The position numbers were made by a program, and so were the translations under genes. 64,000 nt of DNA from Planctomycetota bacterium. Its GTDB lineage: Bacteria > Planctomycetota > PLA2 > JAEUHO01. How positions within the stretch are numbered: the stretch's first letter is position 1; every line of letters begins with the position of its first letter. Shown piece after piece: positions 1 to 9,241 of this stretch. The notes beneath the pieces are model-generated. The model was not told the origin of the DNA. It saw nothing but the letters and a program-made list of their open reading frames with translations, and searched no databases. The stretch is taken from NCBI GenBank assembly GCA_965222115.1, contig CBDCTJ010000007.1, forward strand, positions 800,001-864,000. Direction: 5' to 3'.

Positions 1-1
1 T

Positions 2-406
2 GTGTTTTCGGAGGATGTCATAGAGCACACGGCCACGGGTAGGCTGTCTACCGTTCGCCTTCGTTCCGCGCCTGCAGGTTCTGGCAGACCCGAGGCCGAC
101 TTGCTCTTTGCGAGTAGCGGTATCGAGCCCGAGATTGTTGAGGCAGCCACTGACGAGCAAGTAAGCAACGATCTTTCATTGCGCGTCGCATGCATTGGGC
201 ACCTCATCGCCTTGAAAGTGTTGTCCGAGCATCCCCATCGACCTCAGGATCGAATCGATCTTCACGCGTTGATGCGCATTGCAACGAAACAAGACATGTC
301 ATTGGCACGAAACGCTCTACACCTCATAACGAGTCGTGGGTTTCATCGTTCGCTAGATCTAATCCGTCGTTTGAATGGATTCCTCGGAGAAGTTGATCAG
401 TCGTAA
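2..406 (+). CDS. Nucleotidyltransferase-family protein (AbiEii/DUF6036-like), 5'-truncated by the window edge
   Basis: Motifs 'DLLFASSGIEPEIV', 'HLIALKVLS' and 'RPQDRIDL' resemble the C-terminal half of AbiEii-like nucleotidyltransferases. The ORF is open at the left edge. Confidence 0.6.
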   Translation: MFSEDVIEHTATGRLSTVRLRSAPAGSGRPEADLLFASSGIEPEIVEAATDEQVSNDLSLRVACIGHLIALKVLSEHPHRPQDRIDLHALMRIATKQDMSLARNALHLITSRGFHRSLDLIRRLNGFLGEVDQS

Positions 407-978
407 GTAACCCCCTTGTGCTTGATCCACCCGCCGTCGTGACGTCCGCCCGGGTCGTGGTGCGTCCAGTGAATGGTGCCGCCTTTTTCGTAGTATTCGT
501 ACTCGCCGCGAAATTCGATGGTATCGCCTTCACGTGCGGGGATCTTCTTGGCGATGTCGTAGTTGTGAACGATGCGAATAGTCAGGCCTGACTTGAGTTG
601 TACGAGCATCTTCTGATGCCGACCGCCATCGGGATTGCGATCGTCGGGGAGCATCTTGACGATGCGACCGCTGGCCTGGAGCCAGATGCCGGAGCGCTTC
701 TGGGCGTAGGCCTTGTCCACCACGCGCTCACCGGTTTGAATTCGGTTCCTGCGCCGTGGCTTCTTGCGTTTGCCCGGCGGCGTGCCGCGCCAGCCCGGTT
801 CGCGACCGCGTTCGGCCGTAGCTGCTCCGCCGCGTCCGTCCTTGGCCGAGCCCTTACGCTCTTTGAAATAGTCAACGGCATAGACCACGCCGGCGATAAC
901 GACGATGCCGATTCCTTTGGCGATCGGTCCCATCTGTTTGCGGCGCTTGCTCGATGAATGCGATGATCGCGTGGTCAT
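397..978 (-). CDS. DUF3465 domain protein (N-terminal TM segment, OB-fold-like)
   Basis: 'G.IVKMLPDD...RHQK..V.L..G.T..I.HN.DIA...GD..EF.GEYEY..KGG.IHWTHHDP.GRH..GW' is the DUF3465 pattern. Start moved to ATG 978 to avoid overlapping truB. Confidence 0.8.
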   Translation of the reverse strand: MTTRSSHSSSKRRKQMGPIAKGIGIVVIAGVVYAVDYFKERKGSAKDGRGGAATAERGREPGWRGTPPGKRKKPRRRNRIQTGERVVDKAYAQKRSGIWLQASGRIVKMLPDDRNPDGGRHQKMLVQLKSGLTIRIVHNYDIAKKIPAREGDTIEFRGEYEYYEKGGTIHWTHHDPGGRHDGGWIKHKGVTYD

Positions 979-1053
979 GGTTGCTCCGATGTGGGCGCTG
1001 GATTGTGCCGGACCTGCAAGCGAGCAACAACCGATGACACGCGGAGAATCGAC

Positions 1054-1797
1054 ATGGGTCGTCCGAAGTATCGCCAGACCTCGCTGCACGGCATTTTTGT
1101 CGTGGATAAGCCCTTGGGCTGGACATCCATGGATGTGGTGCGGCGTGTGCGCGATGCCGCCGGATTCGCCAAGACCGGCCATGCGGGCACGCTCGACCCG
1201 CTAGCCACTGGCGTCATTGTTTGTTGCATTGGCAAGGCCACGCGTTTTGTTGAGCCGATCATGAAAGGCACAAAGATCTACGAGGCGTCTGTCGATCTGA
1301 CGGCGTTCACCAATACCGACGACCGCGAAGGCGAACGCGAAGAAGTCACCGTGGATACGCTACCGACCGAAGATCAGGTCACCACCGCGCTCAAGTCATT
1401 TGTAGGTGAAATCGAACAACGCCCCCCCGCATTTAGTGCAGTTCACATCGACGGCAAACGCGCCTACAAGCGCGCGCGTCAGGGCGAAGTTGTAGACATT
1501 CCTGCCCGTACAGTCGTCGTCCACGCCATCTCACTCACCGACTACGTGTGGCCCATCGTCAAAATCAACGTGACGTGCGGCAAGGGCGTTTACGTACGCA
1601 GTTTGGCCCGCGATCTCGGTCGCGCACTAAACACCGGCGGCCACCTCGCCGCCCTCCGCCGCACCGCCGTTGGCGAATACACCCTCGACGACGCCCACAC
1701 CGCCGAACGTCTTATGTCTCCTATCTCTCACGGTGACGTCCTCCCAATCCCTATCCCCGGCGAAACCCGTTCTTCATTCGACGAGGGTTTGGTCTAG
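1054..1797 (+). CDS. truB: tRNA pseudouridine(55) synthase TruB
   Basis: Motifs 'VDKPLGWTS', 'GHAGTLDPLATG', 'Q.PP.FSAV..DGKRAY' and 'KG.YVRSLARDLG'. GGAG precedes ATG 1054. Confidence 0.95.
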   Translation: MGRPKYRQTSLHGIFVVDKPLGWTSMDVVRRVRDAAGFAKTGHAGTLDPLATGVIVCCIGKATRFVEPIMKGTKIYEASVDLTAFTNTDDREGEREEVTVDTLPTEDQVTTALKSFVGEIEQRPPAFSAVHIDGKRAYKRARQGEVVDIPARTVVVHAISLTDYVWPIVKINVTCGKGVYVRSLARDLGRALNTGGHLAALRRTAVGEYTLDDAHTAERLMSPISHGDVLPIPIPGETRSSFDEGLV

Positions 1798-2162
1798 CTC
1801 CTCAACGACACAACGCGCAAGACGGGCACTCCAACCCATCCTGAAACTCCAACTCCCTATTCCGCATAGCTGTCAATTGCTCCGCTTTACAGTTCCAACC
1901 ACTTCCAACGCTCCCCCGTGTTCGCCAAATCCAACAAACGCTTGCACCTCCTGCAGCCGCGGCAGGTCCATCTAGTCCAGGCCCCCTGGCGCATTCCGCT
2001 GCCGAAGTCAGTAACTACTCCGTCGCAATCGGATCGTTGGGGCGACGGTAATGTGCGTTCGTGGAGGCCGCCGCGTAGCCACGCTACGCAAGAACGACAC
2101 GGGCGTGCAGGACCGAGCATCCAACGGTCAGCACCCAATTCGGGCCCCTTGGCGTTCATTTC

Positions 2163-2254
<92 letters not shown>

Positions 2255-2401
2255 GTGAGATGAAGATGAAGCCGGCGTAGGCCCATCGTTGCGGTCAAGG
2301 CGCGAGGGTATACCACCCCGAACGCCAAGGGAAATGACGCGCAGGCCCTTTCGTCTGCACGCGCCCGCGCCAACCGGGGCGCGCGTGCATAGGATCTCGA
2401 C

Positions 2402-3724
2402 ATGGCAGCAAAGAAACGCGCTCGTTCCCGACGCCCATCCTCCCGAACCCAGGATCAGGAACCGACGGCGGAGGCGCTGGCCGATAACGGATTTGCGCGC
2501 TTCGACCTCGCGCCCGGGTTGTTGAAGGGCATTGCCGCCGCGGGCTATATCAAACCCACGCCCATTCAAGAGCAGCTGATTCCACTGGCGCTCGACGAAC
2601 AAAACGTCGTCGGTTGGTCGCAGACGGGCACGGGCAAAACCGCCGCGTTCCTGATTCCCATGCTTGCGCTGCTCGAAGAGACGGAACACCCCGAATCGGT
2701 GCGTGGCCCCTCCGGCCCGCCGCGCATTTTGGTGGTGGTGCCCACACGCGAACTTGCGATACAGGTCACAAAGGAATGCGACAAGTTAACGCGCTTCTTG
2801 CCGGTGCGCTCCGCGTGCTGCTACGGCGGTATGCCCATCGATCGCCAGCTTCGCGACCTCAAGACGTCGGCTGTTGTGATTGGTACGCCCGGTCGCCTGC
2901 TCGACTTAATGGGGCGCCGCGCGATGGACCTGGATGACCTCGATGTGCTGGTGCTCGACGAAGTCGATCGAATGTATGACCTCGGCTTTCGCGATGACGT
3001 GGATCGCATCTTGCGCTACGCCAAGTCACGCGAACAGACATTGCTCACCTCGGCCACCATGAACGACGACGTTGAGGCGCTGCTTGCCAAGCACGTAGGC
3101 AAGCATGCGCGTGTTGCCATTGAAACTAAGACGGCCACCGTCGATCAGGTCGATCAGACGTTTTACTATGTCGATCCACGCCGCAAGCAGGAACTCATTC
3201 TTGCCGTGATCGCCGACCTCAAGCCCGAACGCGGCATTGTGTTTGTGCGCACGCGCTTCAATGTGGATCGGCTCACCTATCGGCTTCAGGATCAAGGCGT
3301 GGACGCCGAGCTCATCCACAGCGGCTTGCCCCAGCGAAAGCGCGAGAAAATTCTTATGGCGTTTCGCCAAGGGAAGTTTCCACTCTTGATTGCAACGGAT
3401 GTGGCGTCGCGCGGCTTGCACATCGACGACGTGACGCATGTGATCAACTTCGATCTTCCGCAAACGCCCGAAGACTACGTCCATCGCGTAGGGCGCACCG
3501 CGCGCATGGGTCGCTCCGGTGCCGCCGTGAGTTTCGTAACGGCCGACGACGGTCCCATCCTCACTGCCATCGAAAAGCTCATCAATAAGCAGATCCGCCA
3601 AGAGACCTTCCCGGGCTTTGATCTGCCACCCGCAAAGGTGAAGAAGAAAGACGAAACACCCACGCCCCCCGAACGCACCCCCGGTATCCCCCGTTGGGCA
3701 ACGCCCAAGCGGCGGCGGCGCTAG
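2402..3724 (+). CDS. DEAD-box RNA helicase
   Basis: Q motif 'PTPIQ', 'QTGTGKT', 'PTRELA', 'TPGRL', 'DEVD', 'SAT', 'TDVASRGL', 'HRVGRTAR'. Confidence 0.95.
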   Translation: MAAKKRARSRRPSSRTQDQEPTAEALADNGFARFDLAPGLLKGIAAAGYIKPTPIQEQLIPLALDEQNVVGWSQTGTGKTAAFLIPMLALLEETEHPESVRGPSGPPRILVVVPTRELAIQVTKECDKLTRFLPVRSACCYGGMPIDRQLRDLKTSAVVIGTPGRLLDLMGRRAMDLDDLDVLVLDEVDRMYDLGFRDDVDRILRYAKSREQTLLTSATMNDDVEALLAKHVGKHARVAIETKTATVDQVDQTFYYVDPRRKQELILAVIADLKPERGIVFVRTRFNVDRLTYRLQDQGVDAELIHSGLPQRKREKILMAFRQGKFPLLIATDVASRGLHIDDVTHVINFDLPQTPEDYVHRVGRTARMGRSGAAVSFVTADDGPILTAIEKLINKQIRQETFPGFDLPPAKVKKKDETPTPPERTPGIPRWATPKRRRR

Positions 3725-3812
3725 TTCGTTCATCGCACGAGTGGCGCGCGCGAATGTAACCTCGCCGCGCGGGACGCAGTAACGATCGACACGAAGGAGT
3801 AGGTTGCGAAAC

Positions 3813-4373
3813 ATGTCAACCGAAAACAAACTACCGATTGTCGGCGTCATGGGTTCTGGCGAAGATCCACATACGCGTTTGTCAGATCCGCTCGGCGTCA
3901 TGCTTGCCACGATGGGCGTTCATCTGCTTACCGGTGGCGGTGGCGGGGTGATGGAGGCGGTGAGTCGCGCGTTTGCGGGTGTAACGGATCGCAGAGGACT
4001 GGTGATTGGCATAGTGCCCAGCGACGAGGCAATGAGCGCGAATGCAAAGCAGGGCTATCCGAACCCGTATGTCGAACTTGCGGTTCGTACACACTTGCTC
4101 CTCAGTGGCAAGCGCGGCCACGAACTTGGCTCGCGAAATCACATCAATGTGCTCACGTCGGATGTCATCGTCGCGCTTCCCGGTGGGCCAGGGACGCGTA
4201 GCGAGATTGAGCTTGCCCTTGGGTACGGGAAACCTGCGATTGGATTTGGGCGCAAGCCGGACGCAGCGCTGCGACTTGACGTCGCGGGCTCGCTAGACGA
4301 AGTCAAGTTGTTCGTTTCGAACCACATCAAGAAACTCGCTGGCAAGGGACAGTCAGGGCCCGGCACCGATTGA
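3813..4373 (+). CDS. SLOG/LOG-family nucleotide-binding protein (TIGR00725-like)
   Basis: 'VGVMGSG', 'LLTGGGGGVMEAVSR', 'SRNHINVLTSDV..ALPGGPGT.SE..LA'. Confidence 0.8.
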   Translation: MSTENKLPIVGVMGSGEDPHTRLSDPLGVMLATMGVHLLTGGGGGVMEAVSRAFAGVTDRRGLVIGIVPSDEAMSANAKQGYPNPYVELAVRTHLLLSGKRGHELGSRNHINVLTSDVIVALPGGPGTRSEIELALGYGKPAIGFGRKPDAALRLDVAGSLDEVKLFVSNHIKKLAGKGQSGPGTD

Positions 4374-4664
4374 TCGCGCATCTCTCTACATTCCCTTGCG
4401 CCGCCGCCGTTGATTGCGCGTATGCTGTGCGCGTTCGAGCTCGACTCGCCCGGTGGGCGGGGGCACGGCTTGGGACGAGGGCAATCGCGCCATCCTCGCG
4501 CGTGCGACCATCAACCCCCATGCGTGCGTGAACGCGAACACGTCAAACGTTTTTGAACCTTGCTAATGACGCATCGGTTGGCGGTCTTCGCCAAACCGAC
4601 GCAACAACGACTCGTCCCGTTCGTGGGGCACACGTTGCTGTGTTCGCGTCACTGGAGTGAACCC

Positions 4665-6749
4665 ATGCCTTGGAAATCCGAAATCGATCGTCTGGTCGTA
4701 CGCGCATTGCTCGATGCCAGCCGCGGCGGTGCCAATGAACAGGCGCGCGCCCTGCGCATCCTCGACGACTTGATTGCGCTTTCACCCGAGCGCGAAGAAT
4801 CCCACTTTCACGTCGGATCAGCTACTGAACTCTTGGCCGAAGAACATCACGAGGGATTGCCTGAGTCCGATGGGCGCGGTGAACGGTGGCGTCACTTGGG
4901 GCAACTCGATGCGGCCGCCCGCAAGGGCCGTCGCGATCGTGTGCGCGAGTTGATGGACGACGAGGCGTTTGACGCGTGCCTCGATCATCCCGAGGGTCGG
5001 ACCGCGCTTCGCGCCGTGGGTCGTATGTTGTTGCGTGACGGCGAAGACGATCGCATCTTTGGCTATTACACGCGCCACCTTGCGGCCGTCGATGACGAAG
5101 GCAGTCGCCGCGACGCCGAGTTCTTGCTCGAAGAAGCACTGCGTCGGGCCGATCGCTACGAGCGCGGCGCGCGCGACGAAAACGAATCGCTGGCGCGTTT
5201 GGATCGCGTCATGCAGTTTGCCGAGCAGGCGGGCCTTGAGCCACGTGCTGGAGCCAAAGTCGATCGCAAGATGGGCCGCGTGCATCAACTTGGCGAGCGT
5301 TGGGACGAGGCCGTGGCCTGTTACCAGCGAGCGCTCGAACGTCTTCCCGCCGATGATGCCTACCGCAGCGTATTGGTGGGCGACCTTGCGCTGGCCACCT
5401 TGGGTGTGCGCGGCACGCTCGATCTCCTGCCGGATGCCGAGCGCGAAACGCGCGACGACGCCATTGAAATCCTTTCAAGTCAAGGCGAGGAAAGCGAAGG
5501 CCGTAGCTACAACGCCATCTACACGTTGGGTGTGCTGCACTACGAGTCGGGCAACTTCACCGGTGCCGCGGAATGCTTCGCAGAGGCCGACGCCTTGATG
5601 CGTGCCAATCGTGCCAAGGCGCGCATTGTTCACGCGCGATCGCGTTTTTTTCTGGGCCACTGCATGATCGAAAACGGCGCCGATGGCGAGGACTTCGATC
5701 AAGCCCAGCGCTACGTGCAACGCGATGCCGGTCCGTCCAACTTGCCGCACGAGCTCAAGGACGTGGTCTTTGATGCGCTACTGGAAGTCAATCCCGATGC
5801 GCGTGTTCCCGGTCGTGGTCGTGGGGGACGTGGACGCGAACGCTTGGCGCCCGCCGCGGGTGCACTACGTGAAGCGGAACGCGTGCTTCGCCGCGATGCC
5901 CACCGCGCGTTGAAGTTTGTGGACAAAGCGTTCAAGAGTAAGCCCGACTTCGACACGTGGTTTGGTGCGTATCGCGTGCGCCTTGAGGCGTTGATTGCTT
6001 TGGAAGAGCGCGACGAAGCCACGGCCACCTACGAGCGCTTCCGCGGCAAGCTCTATAAGGGCGATGCCATGGATTACCTTGAGTCGCTCTTGCTGGATGA
6101 AAAGAGCCCCACGGGCGAACTCTTGACTGAGTTGCAGTATCTCGAAGAGTTGGCGGATCTCTACGAAGTCATGCCGGGTCGCGACGAGCAGTTTGTGGCC
6201 ACGTGCATTGACTGCGCGCGCGCCTACTTGGAGGCGGGCGAGGCCGATGGACTTGTTCGCGCGCAACACATGCTGCGCGAAGCGGCATTGCGCGATGAAG
6301 AGGCCGTGGCCGAAGTCCTTGCCGAAGTGACTGCCGCGGCCAAGAAGAAGAAGGTCCTACTCGACGACGCGCCTGATGAAGACGCATGCAAAGAACAACT
6401 CGGTGCCTACGAAGAGCCGTTGCAGGTCTTGGTGGTGGGGGGCGACGATGGTCGTCGTCCGCACCTTGATTCGTTGCACGATGTGGCCGGGCGCATGGGC
6501 TTTGAGGGTTCATGGGTCTTTACGGGTGCCGCCACCCCCGATGCTGCGCTCGACGAGATTGAAGAACGCGCTGAGAACGCGAGCTTGATCCTGTTGCATC
6601 ACCGCACCGATGCGAGTGTGCGCGACGAAGTCTTGGCCATGGCTGAGGAAATGGAACTCCCCGTTTCCGAAAGTCCCTGGTTGGGTGCCAACGGCTTGCA
6701 GTCACAGGTTGTGCACGCCCTCAATGACAAAGTGCTCACTGAAGAGTAG
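4665..6749 (+). CDS. TPR-repeat protein with C-terminal DUF2325-like alpha/beta domain
   Basis: TPR-like helices ('MGRVHQLGERWDEAVACYQRALE', 'YTLGVLHYESGNFTGAAECF'). C-terminal 'VLVVGG...ASLILL...AEEMELPV'. GGAG precedes ATG 4665. Confidence 0.65.
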   Translation: MPWKSEIDRLVVRALLDASRGGANEQARALRILDDLIALSPEREESHFHVGSATELLAEEHHEGLPESDGRGERWRHLGQLDAAARKGRRDRVRELMDDEAFDACLDHPEGRTALRAVGRMLLRDGEDDRIFGYYTRHLAAVDDEGSRRDAEFLLEEALRRADRYERGARDENESLARLDRVMQFAEQAGLEPRAGAKVDRKMGRVHQLGERWDEAVACYQRALERLPADDAYRSVLVGDLALATLGVRGTLDLLPDAERETRDDAIEILSSQGEESEGRSYNAIYTLGVLHYESGNFTGAAECFAEADALMRANRAKARIVHARSRFFLGHCMIENGADGEDFDQAQRYVQRDAGPSNLPHELKDVVFDALLEVNPDARVPGRGRGGRGRERLAPAAGALREAERVLRRDAHRALKFVDKAFKSKPDFDTWFGAYRVRLEALIALEERDEATATYERFRGKLYKGDAMDYLESLLLDEKSPTGELLTELQYLEELADLYEVMPGRDEQFVATCIDCARAYLEAGEADGLVRAQHMLREAALRDEEAVAEVLAEVTAAAKKKKVLLDDAPDEDACKEQLGAYEEPLQVLVVGGDDGRRPHLDSLHDVAGRMGFEGSWVFTGAATPDAALDEIEERAENASLILLHHRTDASVRDEVLAMAEEMELPVSESPWLGANGLQSQVVHALNDKVLTEE

Positions 6750-6775
6750 TAGCCATCCGTCTGAACGGAGATGCC

Positions 6776-8143
6776 ATGAACACCAGCGCCGCGATGACAG
6801 GCGAAGTGACCAAACACGCACGCGTATTTTCCGATGACGTGTACGCCGAGCGTCGTAAGCGCTTGATGGGCATGATCGGTGAGCAAGGCGCGGCGTTGTT
6901 TGTGTCGGGGCCCGAAGTTACACGCAGCAACGATACGCACTACCGCTATCGCGCGAACAGCGATGTCATGTATTTGACGGGTTGCGATGAACCTAAGACG
7001 GCGGTGCTGCTTTTGCCGGGTCACAAGACCCATCCGTTCGTGGTGTTTGTGCGGCCGCGCCGTCCGAAGCTTGAAACGTGGGACGGCCCGCGCATTGGCG
7101 TCGAAGAAGCCCCCAAGAAACTTGGCGCGGATCAGGCCGTGTCGTTTAACAAGTTATGGAGCGAGTTGCCCAAGCTCTTGGTGGGCCGTCGCATGCTGGT
7201 CACCGCACTTGGCAACGACGAGGCCCTGGACCGCAATGTCATTGGTGCGTACCGCGGTGCTCAGCGCTTGGCACGCTCCAAGAAGGCCTCGCCCGAGAGC
7301 ATTGTGGATCCGCGCAACCTCCTGCACGAGATGCGTCTAAAGAAGTCGGACGACGAACTTGAGTGTTTGCGTCGCGCGTGTGCCGTGAGTGCCGAGGCAC
7401 ACGTCCATGCCATGCAGAAGACGCGCCCTGGACTCTATGAATACCAGATTCAGGCCGAGCTCGAATACTGGTTCTACAAGCACGGTGCAAGTGCACCGGG
7501 GTATCCCTCTATCGTAGGAAGCGGCGCCAACGCTTGCATCCTGCACTACATGACCAATCGCCGTAAGATGGAGGATGGCGATTTGGTGCTGGTGGATGCC
7601 GGTGCGGAGATCGACGGCTACACCGCCGACATCACGCGCACGTGGCCCGTGAATGGCCGCTTCAATGGGCGCCAACGCGAGATTTACGACCTCGTGCTGC
7701 AGGCGCAGATGCAGGTGATTCGCGACATTCGTCCGGGCGTCCATTGGCACACGTTGCATGAGACCACGTGTCGCGTATTGGCGCAGGGGCTGCTCGATAT
7801 GGGCATTCTGTCGGGCACGCTCGACGAGGTGCTAAGTGAAAAGACCTACAGCCCGTTCTTCATGCACGGGACCGGCCATTGGCTGGGCATGGACGTCCAC
7901 GATGTGGGTGTTTACGCGCGCGGCAACGAAGAGAGCCGCGAGTTGGAAGCGGGCATGGTCTTTACCGTGGAGCCCGGGCTCTACTTTCCGCCGAATGACG
8001 CCGCCACACCGAGCGAGTACAGCGGCATCGGTGTGCGCATTGAAGACAACGTGCTCGTTACGGAGAACGGCTGCGACGTCCTCACCTCAGGCGTTCCGAA
8101 GGAACCCCACGAGATTGAAGAGATCGTGGGCACGGGCGCGTAG
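6776..8143 (+). CDS. pepP: Xaa-Pro aminopeptidase (M24B)
   Basis: AMP_N-type N-terminus. Metal-ligand motifs 'LVDAG..Y.ADITRT', 'HG.GH.LG.DVHD', 'TVEPGLY', 'GVRIEDN'. Confidence 0.95.
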   Translation: MNTSAAMTGEVTKHARVFSDDVYAERRKRLMGMIGEQGAALFVSGPEVTRSNDTHYRYRANSDVMYLTGCDEPKTAVLLLPGHKTHPFVVFVRPRRPKLETWDGPRIGVEEAPKKLGADQAVSFNKLWSELPKLLVGRRMLVTALGNDEALDRNVIGAYRGAQRLARSKKASPESIVDPRNLLHEMRLKKSDDELECLRRACAVSAEAHVHAMQKTRPGLYEYQIQAELEYWFYKHGASAPGYPSIVGSGANACILHYMTNRRKMEDGDLVLVDAGAEIDGYTADITRTWPVNGRFNGRQREIYDLVLQAQMQVIRDIRPGVHWHTLHETTCRVLAQGLLDMGILSGTLDEVLSEKTYSPFFMHGTGHWLGMDVHDVGVYARGNEESRELEAGMVFTVEPGLYFPPNDAATPSEYSGIGVRIEDNVLVTENGCDVLTSGVPKEPHEIEEIVGTGA

Positions 8144-8188
8144 GCCCGTCTCGGCCATGTCGTCTTGTTGTCACACGACGACCTGTCG

Positions 8189-8692
8189 TTACGCGACGAC
8201 TTCAACCGTGCGTCCGCGATCGTCGAGCTGCAGCTGCATGGGTCGAATCAAGTCGATCTGACGCTTGATGATGCCCGAATGAAACTCGCCTTCGCTGGCA
8301 AGCACTTCCAAGAAGATGCGTGCTTCGCGGTTGGGAATGTTGTGGGCCTGACGCTCGTAGAAGTAGGCGCAATATTCTTCGTACTTGATGGTGGCGTAGA
8401 GCGTTTGAATGAGCGAATCTTTGTCGCGGATCTGGGTGACGTCTACGTCGCCAAAGATCTTGCGCGCGTCGTCTTCGGTCACCGTCATTTCTGTGTTGCC
8501 AAAGAGGCTGCGACGATGAGCGCGTAGCGTCTTGCGATGATCCTTCTCGTCTTTCTTGAGTTGGGTCAGCCGCGCCTGAAGTGTGGGTACGTCCACTCGT
8601 TTGGAGAGACGGTCATACATCTTGTAGGCGAGCGTTTCGCTTCGGATACCGGCATCGAGAATTTCCACAGCAGTAAGATTGTTCGGCAGCAT
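8189..8692 (-). CDS. Ferritin-like/rubrerythrin-family di-iron protein (no rubredoxin domain)
   Basis: Duplicated E...Y...ExxH pattern ('SETLAYKMY...DEKDH'; 'YEEYCAYFY...EGEFH'). GAGGAAGG lies upstream. Confidence 0.85.
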   Translation of the reverse strand: MLPNNLTAVEILDAGIRSETLAYKMYDRLSKRVDVPTLQARLTQLKKDEKDHRKTLRAHRRSLFGNTEMTVTEDDARKIFGDVDVTQIRDKDSLIQTLYATIKYEEYCAYFYERQAHNIPNREARIFLEVLASEGEFHSGIIKRQIDLIRPMQLQLDDRGRTVEVVA

Positions 8693-8806
8693 CCCTGCAA
8701 TCCTTCCTCATCGTTGAACTCGGAACCGCCGTTCCGCGTTGGATGTTTCCTTCGCTTCGAAACGACGGGGCACGGCCATCCCCTCACGCGCCTACACGAA
8801 ATCACT

Positions 8807-8848
8807 TTCGTGCTGCCGCACAGTGGCTTCGTGCTGTCGCACCGTGGC
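8807..8848. repeat. Imperfect 21-bp tandem duplication in the rubrerythrin upstream region
   Basis: TTCGTGCTGCCGCACAGTGGC / TTCGTGCTGTCGCACCGTGGC, 2 mismatches. Confidence 0.8.
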
Positions 8849-9241
8849 CATGCCGTCTCGGCGTCTGGCTCCTATAAAGACCTCGGCCCTGGCAAGAACC
8901 GACGACGCCACTCGAACTTGTTGATCCCTGACCCCGAATTCGTGGAGTCGCCCGCTGGATCGTCCACGGCCGTGGCCGCGACGCCCCATTGAAGCCAAAC
9001 TTTAGGGTCCTGCAGCGACATCTGCACCATATATAGGAGAGTAAACATGATTTTTACACTAGATAGAGGCCATACGGCCTGAATCCACCACGTCGTCTCT
9101 CGCTCAATTTGGCGCCTCGGGGCACCCGATTCCGCTGCGTTTTGTCCCTTGTTCGTTTTCGGGTGTGACCAGAAGGCCGCTCGTGCGAAGGCTCTGATGG
9201 GGCCCGCGTGTTGTCCGAGGGCTCCACCAGGAGCTCATTTC

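Noticed and set aside
3026-3910. 294-aa minus-strand ORF
   Set aside because: Antisense shadow of the DEAD-box helicase, as expected in GC-rich coding DNA.
8189-8240. Possible encapsulin cargo-loading peptide on the ferritin-like protein
   Set aside because: The C-terminus (LQLDDRGRTVEVVA) lacks the L.(I/V)GSL motif and no encapsulin gene is present.
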